Shown here: positions 25,239 to 33,412 of the stretch, piece after piece
Position numbering within the stretch: position 1 is the first letter of the stretch
Layout of the letters: each line of letters begins with the position of its first letter
IMG/VR virus record: IMGVR_UViG_3300035703_000241
Span: 1-36,046 of that record
DNA: 36,046 nt
Origin: a virus
Taxonomy: Duplodnaviria > Caudoviricetes
Direction: 5' to 3' (one strand)
Notes under the pieces: generated by a model
Database searches by the model: none
What the model was told of the DNA's origin: nothing
Seen by the model: the letters and a program-made list of their open reading frames with translations, nothing else
Program-made: the position numbers and the translations under genes

Positions 25239-25849
25239 GCAAACCACCTTGCGCGCACGAACGTCTTGCAGAGCGCGTCGACCGAGTGCGGTGCTTCACG
25301 CAGGTTTTCCGCCGTTGCCGCTTCCCGAAGGTTGTCGTACCAGTGCCCGAACACCAGCAGAATGGCTTGCTTCAGGGCTTGCGGCACTTCTGCGGCTGTC
25401 AAGTAGCCCGCGACGTACGTCACGCTGGCGCCCCAGTTGTTGGCCTGCATGTAGACCGACGGCCATGCGCTGCCACGCCTGAGCAGCACGCGCGCCATGC
25501 TGGAGTCGCCGTCTAGCTCGTAGTTGCTTTCCGCGAACACCTGCGTCGTTCCTGCGTTGTCGACGTACTGCACCCCGCTGATGCTGCGTGCGGGCCATGC
25601 TGGCAGCAGGATTTGATTGGTTGCCGGGAAGCGATCGAGGCGAAGCCGGAACGTGCGCTGCATCAGCGGCGACTTGATGATTGCCTCGACGTATTCGCGC
25701 GCGGCGATCAGTTGCGCGGCGATCACCGCATCGTCGCAGGTATGGTCAATGTGCGAGTGCGCCCGGGCTTCCGCGATGGTGACGGGCTCGGCTGCCGGAA
25801 TGTCTAGCACTGCGTGCGACAGATAGGTGCAGCCGTCCATGACGGTCAT
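25235..25849 (-). CDS. Head-tail connector/adaptor (gp6-like, phiE125 gp8 type)
   Basis: EPVTIAEARAH..ID...AAREYVE...YVAGY....VPQALKQAILL..GHWYDN.RE. Confidence 0.9.
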   Translation of the reverse strand: MTVMDGCTYLSHAVLDIPAAEPVTIAEARAHSHIDHTCDDAVIAAQLIAAREYVEAIIKSPLMQRTFRLRLDRFPATNQILLPAWPARSISGVQYVDNAGTTQVFAESNYELDGDSSMARVLLRRGSAWPSVYMQANNWGASVTYVAGYLTAAEVPQALKQAILLVFGHWYDNLREAATAENLREAPHSVDALCKTFVRARWFA

Positions 25850-25852
25850 GGG

Positions 25853-26035
25853 TCACTCTTTCGTCGCCTTGCTCGCGACCTTCTTCACGGCGCTTTCGCG
25901 CTTGCCTTCGTCAACTCGCTCGGCGATGTCGGCGGCGACGAGCCGCTCGGCTACGTTGTCCGGGAGCTCGACTTCGTCCCCGGCGTTGTACGTGGTCGTA
26001 GTGCCTGCCAAGCATTCGCGAAATCGGACTTTCAT
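25853..26035 (-). CDS. Small post-capsid protein (60 aa)
   Basis: MKVRF...YNAGDEVELPDNVAERLVAADIAE is a typical small gene after a major capsid gene. Confidence 0.7.
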   Translation of the reverse strand: MKVRFRECLAGTTTTYNAGDEVELPDNVAERLVAADIAERVDEGKRESAVKKVASKATKE

Positions 26036-26054
26036 GGCGGTCCTTTCAACACGC

Positions 26055-26086
26055 TGGGGCGGGACCGCGCGAACGGTCCCGCCCCA
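26055..26086 (-). terminator. 13-bp perfect hairpin after the major capsid gene (attenuator or mRNA stabiliser; no U-tract)
   Basis: tggggcgggaccg-cgcgaa-cggtcccgcccca. Confidence 0.6.
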
Positions 26087-26105
26087 AGCTGGAGAAGTTG
26101 CCGAA

Positions 26106-27389
26106 TCAGGCGCCCATGCGCAGGTAGCGGAACGCGTTGAAGATCGAGCAGCCGGCGTCCAGGCGGGCGATGCCCTGGAACCCGATCTGCCCGTTGCCTG
26201 CGTACAGCTCGCGCAGCACCTTCACGCTCATGTTGGAGCGGATGCCGATGTGGTAGCGCGAGAAGTCGCCGATCACCGCGACGCGTGCGCTGGCCGCGAT
26301 GGCGGGCGCGTACTGCGTGGCGTAGATCGGGATGCCCGACAGGCGATCCGGCTCGCCCTGCTGGAACGACGGCTGCCACAGGTAGGAAAGGAACGTGTTC
26401 GTGCCGGGGCTGGCGAGCTTGCGGATGAGCGCGAGCATTGCATCGCTGGTCACGATGCAGGTGGACTTCTGCTCGCGGTACTGACGCGGCAGCGAGTAGA
26501 CGAAGTCGAGCAGCTCATTGGCGGTCACCGCCGTGGCGCTCGCTGCCGTCTTGCCGTCCGCGATCTGGCCTGCCGCGGTGTAGGTGAAGATGCCCCGCGG
26601 CTGGTTGGCACCCGAGGTGCCGACGGAGAACGCCTGCTCCTCCGCGAGCGCGAACGCGCGGCCGAGCTGGTCGGACACGATCGACTCCACCGAGAAGCCC
26701 GCGCCACGCGACGGCGCATCCTCGATCAGCTCGATGCTGGACTTCACGATCGCGCTGAGGCGACGCGGCTGCATGATGAGCTCGGCGAACTGCGGCGTCG
26801 TTTCGTCGATGGCAGCGGCTTCTGCGCCCCACGTTGCGGACGCGATGGTCGACTCCAGGGCGATGTTCGTCTTGAACGCGCCCAGGCTCATGACGTTCGC
26901 GATGCGGCGGTAGATGACCTGCTGCTCGAGCACCTTCACCAGCGACCCGTAGAAGTCGGTCGACGGCAGGAAGCCGCCGTCCGCTGCCACGCCTTCGCTC
27001 AGCGCACGCTGCTCGGCATCACCCATGAACCGCGGACCCTTCAGGTAGGACGTGAAGGCATCCCGGTACTCGGGCGAGCTGGTGATGGTCGGCGCCTGCG
27101 TGCTGCGCTGCGCGCTGGGCATCACGAACGGCATGGTCGGCGCCTCGGTGCGCGTCTCGGACGCGATGCGCAGCATCTGCTCGTTCCGGGCCTTGAGGGC
27201 GCGCAGCTGGTCGTACTTCTTCTGCATGCGGGCCATCTCCTCCTCCTCCTCCTCGCTCATCTCGCCGACGCGGTTGGCCTTGTCGACGAGGCCGCGCATG
27301 CGCTCGTAGAGCTTGCCCATCTCGTCGATCAGGGCGCGGTACTGGTCGCCGCCGCTCGCGGGCGGGGTCTCGGGGGTCTTGTCGTCCAT
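26106..27389 (-). CDS. HK97-family major capsid protein with N-terminal coiled-coil delta domain
   Basis: EQRALSEGVAADGGFL...WGAEAAAI...YLWQPS..QGEPDRLSGIPIY...IGDFSRY...ELYAGNGQIGF...RLD. Confidence 0.95.
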   Translation of the reverse strand: MDDKTPETPPASGGDQYRALIDEMGKLYERMRGLVDKANRVGEMSEEEEEEMARMQKKYDQLRALKARNEQMLRIASETRTEAPTMPFVMPSAQRSTQAPTITSSPEYRDAFTSYLKGPRFMGDAEQRALSEGVAADGGFLPSTDFYGSLVKVLEQQVIYRRIANVMSLGAFKTNIALESTIASATWGAEAAAIDETTPQFAELIMQPRRLSAIVKSSIELIEDAPSRGAGFSVESIVSDQLGRAFALAEEQAFSVGTSGANQPRGIFTYTAAGQIADGKTAASATAVTANELLDFVYSLPRQYREQKSTCIVTSDAMLALIRKLASPGTNTFLSYLWQPSFQQGEPDRLSGIPIYATQYAPAIAASARVAVIGDFSRYHIGIRSNMSVKVLRELYAGNGQIGFQGIARLDAGCSIFNAFRYLRMGA

Positions 27390-27431
27390 GTCGTGGTGTC
27401 CTTGTAAGAGGTCGTCTTGTTGCGTGGTGGA

Positions 27432-28508
27432 CTACAGTCGGATGCCGTATGCCGCGTCCATGTCGGCAAGGGCGAAGTCGACGCGGCGCACGGCCTGGAA
27501 CAGCACCTCTCCGGTTGCTGCCCCGAGTTCATCGAGCCGCCTGAGCGCTACGGGCGGGCCGCTTTCCGCGAACACGAACGCGGTTGGGTCGATGACCAAT
27601 CCTGCCACGGCGCTGGTTGCGAACGAGGCGGCGGACAGGGCCAAAGGCTCGAGGTACAGCGGCCGACCGGCAAGCAGCATCAGCGAGTCCGCCTTGGCTT
27701 GCGCCTGCGCGCTGCCTGCGAACAACGGATCGAAGCTTGCGTTGAGGATGCCGAGCATGCGCGGATGCCAGATGTGAATTGCCCTGGCGTAGCGGCCGCT
27801 GCTGAGGTTTTCCAGAATGGTCCCGAATTCGAGCGACGTGAAGCTGCCTGACGTTGCACCAACCCCGCCGCTGACCCGCGCGGCGTTGCTGAGCTGCGTA
27901 AGCAAGCCGACGTTCACGGCGTTCATCGGACCCGGGTCGCCTGATGTGCCTTTCAGCATCTGGTCGACTTCCTGCTGCGCAAACGCCTGCGCTGCCATGT
28001 CTCCCAGCAGCCGCTCCAAGTTTGGTCCGTTGTTTTCCGTCGTGTCCTGGAGCAATTCCAGGCTGGCGCGGAAGTAGACGTACATGGCGCGCGGGTACAG
28101 CACTCGCCCCGTGGCTGCCTCGTCGGCCCTTGGCTGCGCGAACGTCGGCGTCGTGGTGTATTCGCTCATCGGCAGCGCGTTCACGGCATTTCGCGTTGCA
28201 CGCTGCGCGTCGATGTCGGTCAGCACCGTGGGCACGGACAGGCTATAGCCGCAGTCACGGAACACTCTGGCGCCGTGCTTGCGGATGGGGTTCAGTGCGC
28301 GAATCTTGAAGAAGCACTCGCGCGAGAACTGGCTAGGCGCCAGATAGAACCCGTTCTGCGTGACGTTGGTCCCCGTTGACTCGCCGAGCGCGCGCTTTTC
28401 CGCGGGCGTAAGCGCGTTGGCTCCGCGAATCATTGCCTTGCGGGCAAGGTGATCGACGTCGGAGACGTCCAGGCCGCTTGGCAGGTCGAGTTGGAGCTCG
28501 TCGAGCAT
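27432..28508 (-). CDS. Second, divergent HK97-fold capsid protein
   Basis: EKRALGE...GFYLAPSQF...SLELLQD...LLAGRPLY...LDELGAATGEVLFQAVRRVD parallels the landmarks of the main capsid protein. Confidence 0.8.
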   Translation of the reverse strand: MLDELQLDLPSGLDVSDVDHLARKAMIRGANALTPAEKRALGESTGTNVTQNGFYLAPSQFSRECFFKIRALNPIRKHGARVFRDCGYSLSVPTVLTDIDAQRATRNAVNALPMSEYTTTPTFAQPRADEAATGRVLYPRAMYVYFRASLELLQDTTENNGPNLERLLGDMAAQAFAQQEVDQMLKGTSGDPGPMNAVNVGLLTQLSNAARVSGGVGATSGSFTSLEFGTILENLSSGRYARAIHIWHPRMLGILNASFDPLFAGSAQAQAKADSLMLLAGRPLYLEPLALSAASFATSAVAGLVIDPTAFVFAESGPPVALRRLDELGAATGEVLFQAVRRVDFALADMDAAYGIRL

Positions 28509-28540
28509 GTTGGGAGCCTAAAGGAGAGGCGGCTTGCAGA

Positions 28541-29404
28541 TCAAGCCTGCGGGATCAGGAACCATCTCCGGGCAATGAACCGCTCGAAGCTGCGAGCGTC
28601 TAGGGTGACGCTGGTGCCGGGGTTTGCCGGGAAGGACACGACGGACACCTCGTGCAGGTCGACGTCTTCGATCACGCGGGTGATTCTGCTTCCGCGCTGC
28701 TCGAATCGGTCCTGCTTGACGTTGAATCCGAAGCTCATGGCCGTGACTACGCCTGCACGCACGGCTTCCATCAGGTCGGCGGCGTACGTGGTGGCGATGG
28801 GCTCGATTTCGACTTGCAGGCCGCGCTCGTCGGAATTGAGCCGAAGCGAGCCGTTTGTCGTGCGCGCAAGAGGCTTGGCGCTGTCGTGGTTGACCAGCGC
28901 GATCACGTCTGGCTGCTCGCGCAGCGTCCGCTGGAAGGCGGATGCCGAGACAACCTCGTCGAAGCGGCCCATGTCATATGGCTCGTTGAATGTCGAGGCG
29001 TATCCGCGCAGCACGCCCCCATTTCGCTCGAGTGCGTTGGTCGTCGTTCTGACCTCGATGCTTGCCATGTTGCGCTCCTGCTCCTTCTTCAGCCGGGTGG
29101 TAATCGTTTCCGCGAACGACTTGCCGGGGTCGCCGCCCCACAAGGCCCATGCGATGCGTCCTGCTGATGGGAAGCCGGGTTGCCCGGGGCTCCATCCCTG
29201 CCCTTGCTTGTCTACCTCATGTCGGGCGAAATAGCTGTTCATGCGCCGAACGGTGTCGTCGGAGAGGTTCCGTCCGTTGGCGATGTCGCGAGCCCGTGCG
29301 ACTCCAACAGCCGTTCCGCCGCGGTTGAATTCGCGCCGCCATTCCAGGCCGCGCTTGGCTTCTTCGATCATGCCGCGCGTTGGCTTGTGTCCGTTGTCGC
29401 TCAT
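28541..29404 (-). CDS. HK97-type prohead protease (S78) with about 110 aa of extra N-terminal domain
   Basis: LRGYASTFN...ALVNHD...LARTTNGSLRL...MSFGF...LHEVSVVSFPANP; true start is probably ATG 29404 (MSDNGHKPTRGM). Confidence 0.92.
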   Translation of the reverse strand: MSDNGHKPTRGMIEEAKRGLEWRREFNRGGTAVGVARARDIANGRNLSDDTVRRMNSYFARHEVDKQGQGWSPGQPGFPSAGRIAWALWGGDPGKSFAETITTRLKKEQERNMASIEVRTTTNALERNGGVLRGYASTFNEPYDMGRFDEVVSASAFQRTLREQPDVIALVNHDSAKPLARTTNGSLRLNSDERGLQVEIEPIATTYAADLMEAVRAGVVTAMSFGFNVKQDRFEQRGSRITRVIEDVDLHEVSVVSFPANPGTSVTLDARSFERFIARRWFLIPQA

Positions 29405-29414
29405 GGCACGATGG

Positions 29415-30926
29415 TCACCAGAACTCCAGTCGTACATAACCGTCACCTCCGGTTCCGCCTGCGCCGGACCCACCAGCGCCTGCATCTGCGGTTCCGGCAC
29501 CGCCGCCGCCACCGCCACCGCCTCGGAATCCGTTGCCTCCGTTGCCTCCCTTGCCGCTGTTGGAGCCGCCTCCGCCACCGCCACCCCCGCCCACGGTTCC
29601 CGGCAGATACTCAATCGCATTCTCGCCGTTGCCACCAGTGCCCGCGCTGGACGCAGCGCCGCCATTGGCAAACAGCGTGGAGTTGTGGATACCCGCAGTC
29701 CTTGGTCCGCGACCTCCTGCCTTCTCACCGGTAGCGGTTGATGGAACACCACCACCGCCTCCGCCTCCGGCTGGGCCAGTAGGCGTTTGCGAGCCATCGC
29801 TAACATTTGAGTTGAGATTTCCAGAACTTCCTGCACCACCGACCCACATGGCGGGGAAGTTTGTAATTACGGCACCACTTCCGGGACTGCTGGATTGTCC
29901 ACCTCCTCCACCGCTCCCGCCCGAGGCGCGGCACAGCATCACGCTGTCGCTGTTGCGCGAAACGCTGGTTTCTCCGCCTTGGCCTCCCGCACCGCCGTTG
30001 TTCAGGTTGACTGTCTGTCCTGCGCCAGCCGTGCCTCCGGCACCAACGGTGATGGACAGAACCGTAGACCCCGCCGTTCCAATGTCTGCGATTGCGTAGG
30101 TCATCTCTGACCACGACGCGCCAGCACCACCACCACCACCGCCCCGACCTGATAAATATGCCCCGCATCTTCCTCCGCCGCCCCCACCGCCTCCGCCGAC
30201 GCATCGGATTCGCATCCGTGTCGCGCCGCTCGGGATGGTGTAGGTCGTGGTTCCTGCGGTGGTGTAGGTCTGCGTGACCGGGGTGAACCCGCCCTTTTCG
30301 GTCCAAGACAGCGTGCCTGATCCGTTGGTGGTCAGCACCTGATCGTTGCTTCCGGCGGTGCTTGGCAGCGTCAGCGTGTAAGTAGACGAAACAGTCAATG
30401 GCGCAACAAGATTGACGCTGTGTGAATAGTCACCGTCAAGCAGCTGAAGTTGAACGGTCTGCATACCCTCCAGCGAAGTCAGCACGCCTTGAACGCTGAC
30501 TTTTGTTTCCGTGTCGTTGATCGTGATCGCGGTGCCGTTGCCGTCTTCAAAGTAATCGCCAATGATGATCTCGCCGCCATCTGCTATGTTTGAGTGCGTC
30601 AGCACCATCGGCTTGCTCGGGTTGGCGTTATTGCTGACAACACCTTCCGTAGCCGTGGACTGCACCAACACCGTGCTGACTGTCAGCGTGTTGTTCGTGC
30701 TGTCAAAGTGCAGTCCTCCGCTGTCTGTCAGTGCGCCCGTGCTTGCCGCCAACTGCACCCGTCCAGTGGTTGACGATGCCGCACGGCGCGTCAGCTCTTG
30801 GGTGTTCGTGCCGTCACCGACGAACAGCCGCTTGTCAGTCGTGTTGACCGCTAGCTCACCCGCCTGAAGGCCGGTGGGGGTAGCGTTCGCAGTGGAACTG
30901 CGCTTGACCTTCAGCGTGTTTGCCAT
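29415..30926 (-). CDS. Fibre-like virion protein with Mtd_N-like N-terminus and C-terminal glycine-rich domain
   Basis: MANTLKVKRS...GELAVNTTDKRLFVGDG; poly-Gly domain from YTIPSGAT...CVGGGGGG to GGDGYVRLEFW. Confidence 0.75.
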   Translation of the reverse strand: MANTLKVKRSSTANATPTGLQAGELAVNTTDKRLFVGDGTNTQELTRRAASSTTGRVQLAASTGALTDSGGLHFDSTNNTLTVSTVLVQSTATEGVVSNNANPSKPMVLTHSNIADGGEIIIGDYFEDGNGTAITINDTETKVSVQGVLTSLEGMQTVQLQLLDGDYSHSVNLVAPLTVSSTYTLTLPSTAGSNDQVLTTNGSGTLSWTEKGGFTPVTQTYTTAGTTTYTIPSGATRMRIRCVGGGGGGGGGRCGAYLSGRGGGGGGAGASWSEMTYAIADIGTAGSTVLSITVGAGGTAGAGQTVNLNNGGAGGQGGETSVSRNSDSVMLCRASGGSGGGGGQSSSPGSGAVITNFPAMWVGGAGSSGNLNSNVSDGSQTPTGPAGGGGGGGVPSTATGEKAGGRGPRTAGIHNSTLFANGGAASSAGTGGNGENAIEYLPGTVGGGGGGGGGSNSGKGGNGGNGFRGGGGGGGGAGTADAGAGGSGAGGTGGDGYVRLEFW

Positions 30927-30929
30927 GGA

Positions 30930-33035
30930 TCAGTAGGTGCCGCCGTCGAGCACGATGCCGTCGATGGTGCCTCCGGTGATTGCTACGTTGCTGGCGGCCT
31001 GCGTGGACATGGTGCCGAGGCCCGTGATGTCCGTGTTGGGGATCGTGGCCGCAGCGGTCATGGCGCTGGTGCCGTTGCCCTTGACGTAACCCGTCAGCGT
31101 GGTTGCTCCAGTGCCGCCAGAGCCGACCGCGAGCGTGGCCGACAGGCCGGACGCCGTGCCCGTGATGTTGCTGTCCGTGAACGCGATCGTCTTGGTCGTG
31201 CTGGTGTCACGGAACTGGATGGCGGTGCCCGTGTTCCAGATGTCTCCGGAAGTCGGGGTCGTCGGTGCGGTTCCGGCGGTCAGCAGCAGTCCGGCTGCGC
31301 TGGTGGTGGCTGCGGCCGTGATGATCTTGCCGACCGTGGTGGTGCCGCCTACCACATAATCGGTACCAGCGGTCGCTGCGACCACGGGGTTGGCGCCCTG
31401 CCCCTTGACCAGTGCGTTGTTCGTCAGCGAGGTCACGCCCGTTCCGCCCTTGGCAACCGCAACCTGACCGTCCAGGTTGGCAAGGTCGTTCCACAGCACC
31501 TGATTGTTCTTGGATGCAGTCCTCAGGAACAGGTTGGCACCGTTGTTCCACAGATCGCCCGTGACCGGAGAAGCCGGATCGGCAGTGCCCTGCGGGATGT
31601 TGATGGGCGCGGACGTGGTGTCCGATGCCTTGAACTGCAGCTTGCCCGTCATCGTGCCGCCGCTGCTGCGCGACAGCGCACCATCCGCGACGTCTTTGGC
31701 TGCCTTGACTGCGGTCAGCGTGGCAGCCTGCGTGCTCGACGTGGTGGATGTCGAGTCGGAAAGCTGAACGATGCCTGCTGCGGACGTGGACGCAGACACG
31801 ACGGGTGAAGTCGTGACGGTCGTGACCCGGCCGTAGGAATCGACCGTCACGCCGGACACGAACGACGTTGCAGCCGAGCCGGTGGGCGTCGTAGTCGTGA
31901 CCGTGGCAAGGTCGATGTTGTCCGAGTTGACGACGATCCGGGCAGTGGAAGCCGTTCCGACGTTGAGGGTGTTGCCCGTCTTCGTGAGGCCGTTGCCTGC
32001 GTCGATCTGGCCAGCACCGCTGAATTGCGACCAGTTGATCGCGGTCGTGTCAATCGTGATCGTGCCGTCGGTGGTCATCACCCAGCCGCTGTCGGCGTTG
32101 GTGGTTCCTTCCTCGACGAACGTGAACGCTCCGCCGTGCAGCTTGGTGCCGTTGTTGGCATCGTCCGAGCGAGACCAGGTGCTTGCGGCGACGACGTAGA
32201 TGCCGTTCTGCGAGGCGGTCGTCTGGTTCTTGACGAGCACGCGGTTGCCTGCGACGACCGAGATTCCGTCGATCGTCTGCGTTCCGCTCAGCGTGATGTT
32301 GGCGGTAGTCGCAACGCGGCAGGATGCCTTGACGTCCAGGCCCTGCGCGGTCGAATCGACGTAGCCCTTGGTGGCGGCGTCGGTCAGCGCAGTCGGCGTG
32401 GCAAGCGAGGTCAGCTTCTGCAGGTTCATGCTGACGTCGCTGTCCGGCGCGCCGAGCTGGTTCAGCTTGTTGAGCTGCACCGTCGAGTTGAAGTCGCTGA
32501 TCTTGGAGGCGGTGAGAGTCGGGATGTCGGCTGCGGCAAGTGCGCGGAATGAGACTGCGCCCGTGCCGCCCGAGCTGGGGCCTGCAAATACCGAGTTCTG
32601 CGCCTGGTTGTTGAGCGTGGCGCTCAGCGTCCCGGCGCCCGTGACGGGGCTGCCGCTCACGGTGAAGATGCCTGGCAGCGACAGGCCGACGCTCGTCACC
32701 GAGCCGGAGCCGAGGCCAAGGCTCTTGACGAACGCGGTGGTAGCCACCGTCGTGTCGTTGCTGCTTGTCGCCGGGGTCGTGGCAGTTGCCGACGATCCGA
32801 GGCTCACCGTGCCGCTGAAGGTCTTGTTTCCGGTGATCGTCTGCGTCTCTGCCAGCGCGACGAAAGCACCGATTCCGCCGATGGCCGGCTTGGACGTGGC
32901 AACGCCGCCGGAATCACCCTTGCCGATGTACAGCGTGTTGTCGGTGTCGTTGAACGCGAGCTCGCCGGACTGCATGGTGCCGGGTGCGCCTGCTGCTCCG
33001 GTGTTCCGCCGCTTGATCTTGATCGTGTTTGGCAT
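30930..33035 (-). CDS. Tail/head fibre protein (701 aa)
   Basis: MPNTIKIKRR...GELAFNDTDNTLYIG; DAATKGYVD; RVLVKNQTTASQNGIYV; ASTSAAGIVQLS fibre repeat; VAKGGTG motifs; ends LDGGTY. Confidence 0.85.
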   Translation of the reverse strand: MPNTIKIKRRNTGAAGAPGTMQSGELAFNDTDNTLYIGKGDSGGVATSKPAIGGIGAFVALAETQTITGNKTFSGTVSLGSSATATTPATSSNDTTVATTAFVKSLGLGSGSVTSVGLSLPGIFTVSGSPVTGAGTLSATLNNQAQNSVFAGPSSGGTGAVSFRALAAADIPTLTASKISDFNSTVQLNKLNQLGAPDSDVSMNLQKLTSLATPTALTDAATKGYVDSTAQGLDVKASCRVATTANITLSGTQTIDGISVVAGNRVLVKNQTTASQNGIYVVAASTWSRSDDANNGTKLHGGAFTFVEEGTTNADSGWVMTTDGTITIDTTAINWSQFSGAGQIDAGNGLTKTGNTLNVGTASTARIVVNSDNIDLATVTTTTPTGSAATSFVSGVTVDSYGRVTTVTTSPVVSASTSAAGIVQLSDSTSTTSSTQAATLTAVKAAKDVADGALSRSSGGTMTGKLQFKASDTTSAPINIPQGTADPASPVTGDLWNNGANLFLRTASKNNQVLWNDLANLDGQVAVAKGGTGVTSLTNNALVKGQGANPVVAATAGTDYVVGGTTTVGKIITAAATTSAAGLLLTAGTAPTTPTSGDIWNTGTAIQFRDTSTTKTIAFTDSNITGTASGLSATLAVGSGGTGATTLTGYVKGNGTSAMTAAATIPNTDITGLGTMSTQAASNVAITGGTIDGIVLDGGTY

Positions 33036-33044
33036 GGTGAGTTC

Positions 33045-33410
33045 CTAGAAAGTTCCACCGTCCGTGAGGGTTGCCGCAGAGTTGTTTTCGAAGGCGGCGA
33101 TGGCTGCGTTGTAGATCAGCACTTCGCCTGTCTGCGGCGAGTTGAGGACAATATAAGAAGTGTTCGCGCTGAATTCGACCCAATCCTGATTTCCGATTCC
33201 GCTCAGCAGGTAGTAGTGCTTCTCGGTCTCGATGACGTAGACCAGCATGCCCTGCTGCCTGCGCGCTTCCGGAATCTCGTTGCGCGCGAGGATGGTCGCG
33301 ACCGTCCTTGCGCCGCCTAGCCCGTACTGCGGGTCTGTCACGGGATAGGTGTCGGCCGTGCTTGACGGCGCGATGGGCCCTGACAGCGGTACGGTTCCTG
33401 GGATTGGCAT
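33045..33410 (-). CDS. Small virion fibre-associated protein (121 aa)
   Basis: GGARTVATILARNEIPEARRQQGMLVYV; PQTGEVLIYN; ends TDGGTF. Confidence 0.65.
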   Translation of the reverse strand: MPIPGTVPLSGPIAPSSTADTYPVTDPQYGLGGARTVATILARNEIPEARRQQGMLVYVIETEKHYYLLSGIGNQDWVEFSANTSYIVLNSPQTGEVLIYNAAIAAFENNSAATLTDGGTF

Positions 33411-33412
33411 GG

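Noticed and set aside
29405-29839. Extended N-terminus of the protease ORF as given in the track
   Set aside because: It overlaps the glycine-rich gene in another frame; ATG 29404, just after that gene's stop, is more plausible.
29440-30200. ccg/cca/cct trinucleotide runs as microsatellites
   Set aside because: Explained by poly-glycine codons of the fibre gene.
29415-33035. Diversity-generating retroelement suggested by Mtd_N-like N-termini
   Set aside because: No reverse transcriptase gene and no template/variable repeat pair differing at adenines was seen.
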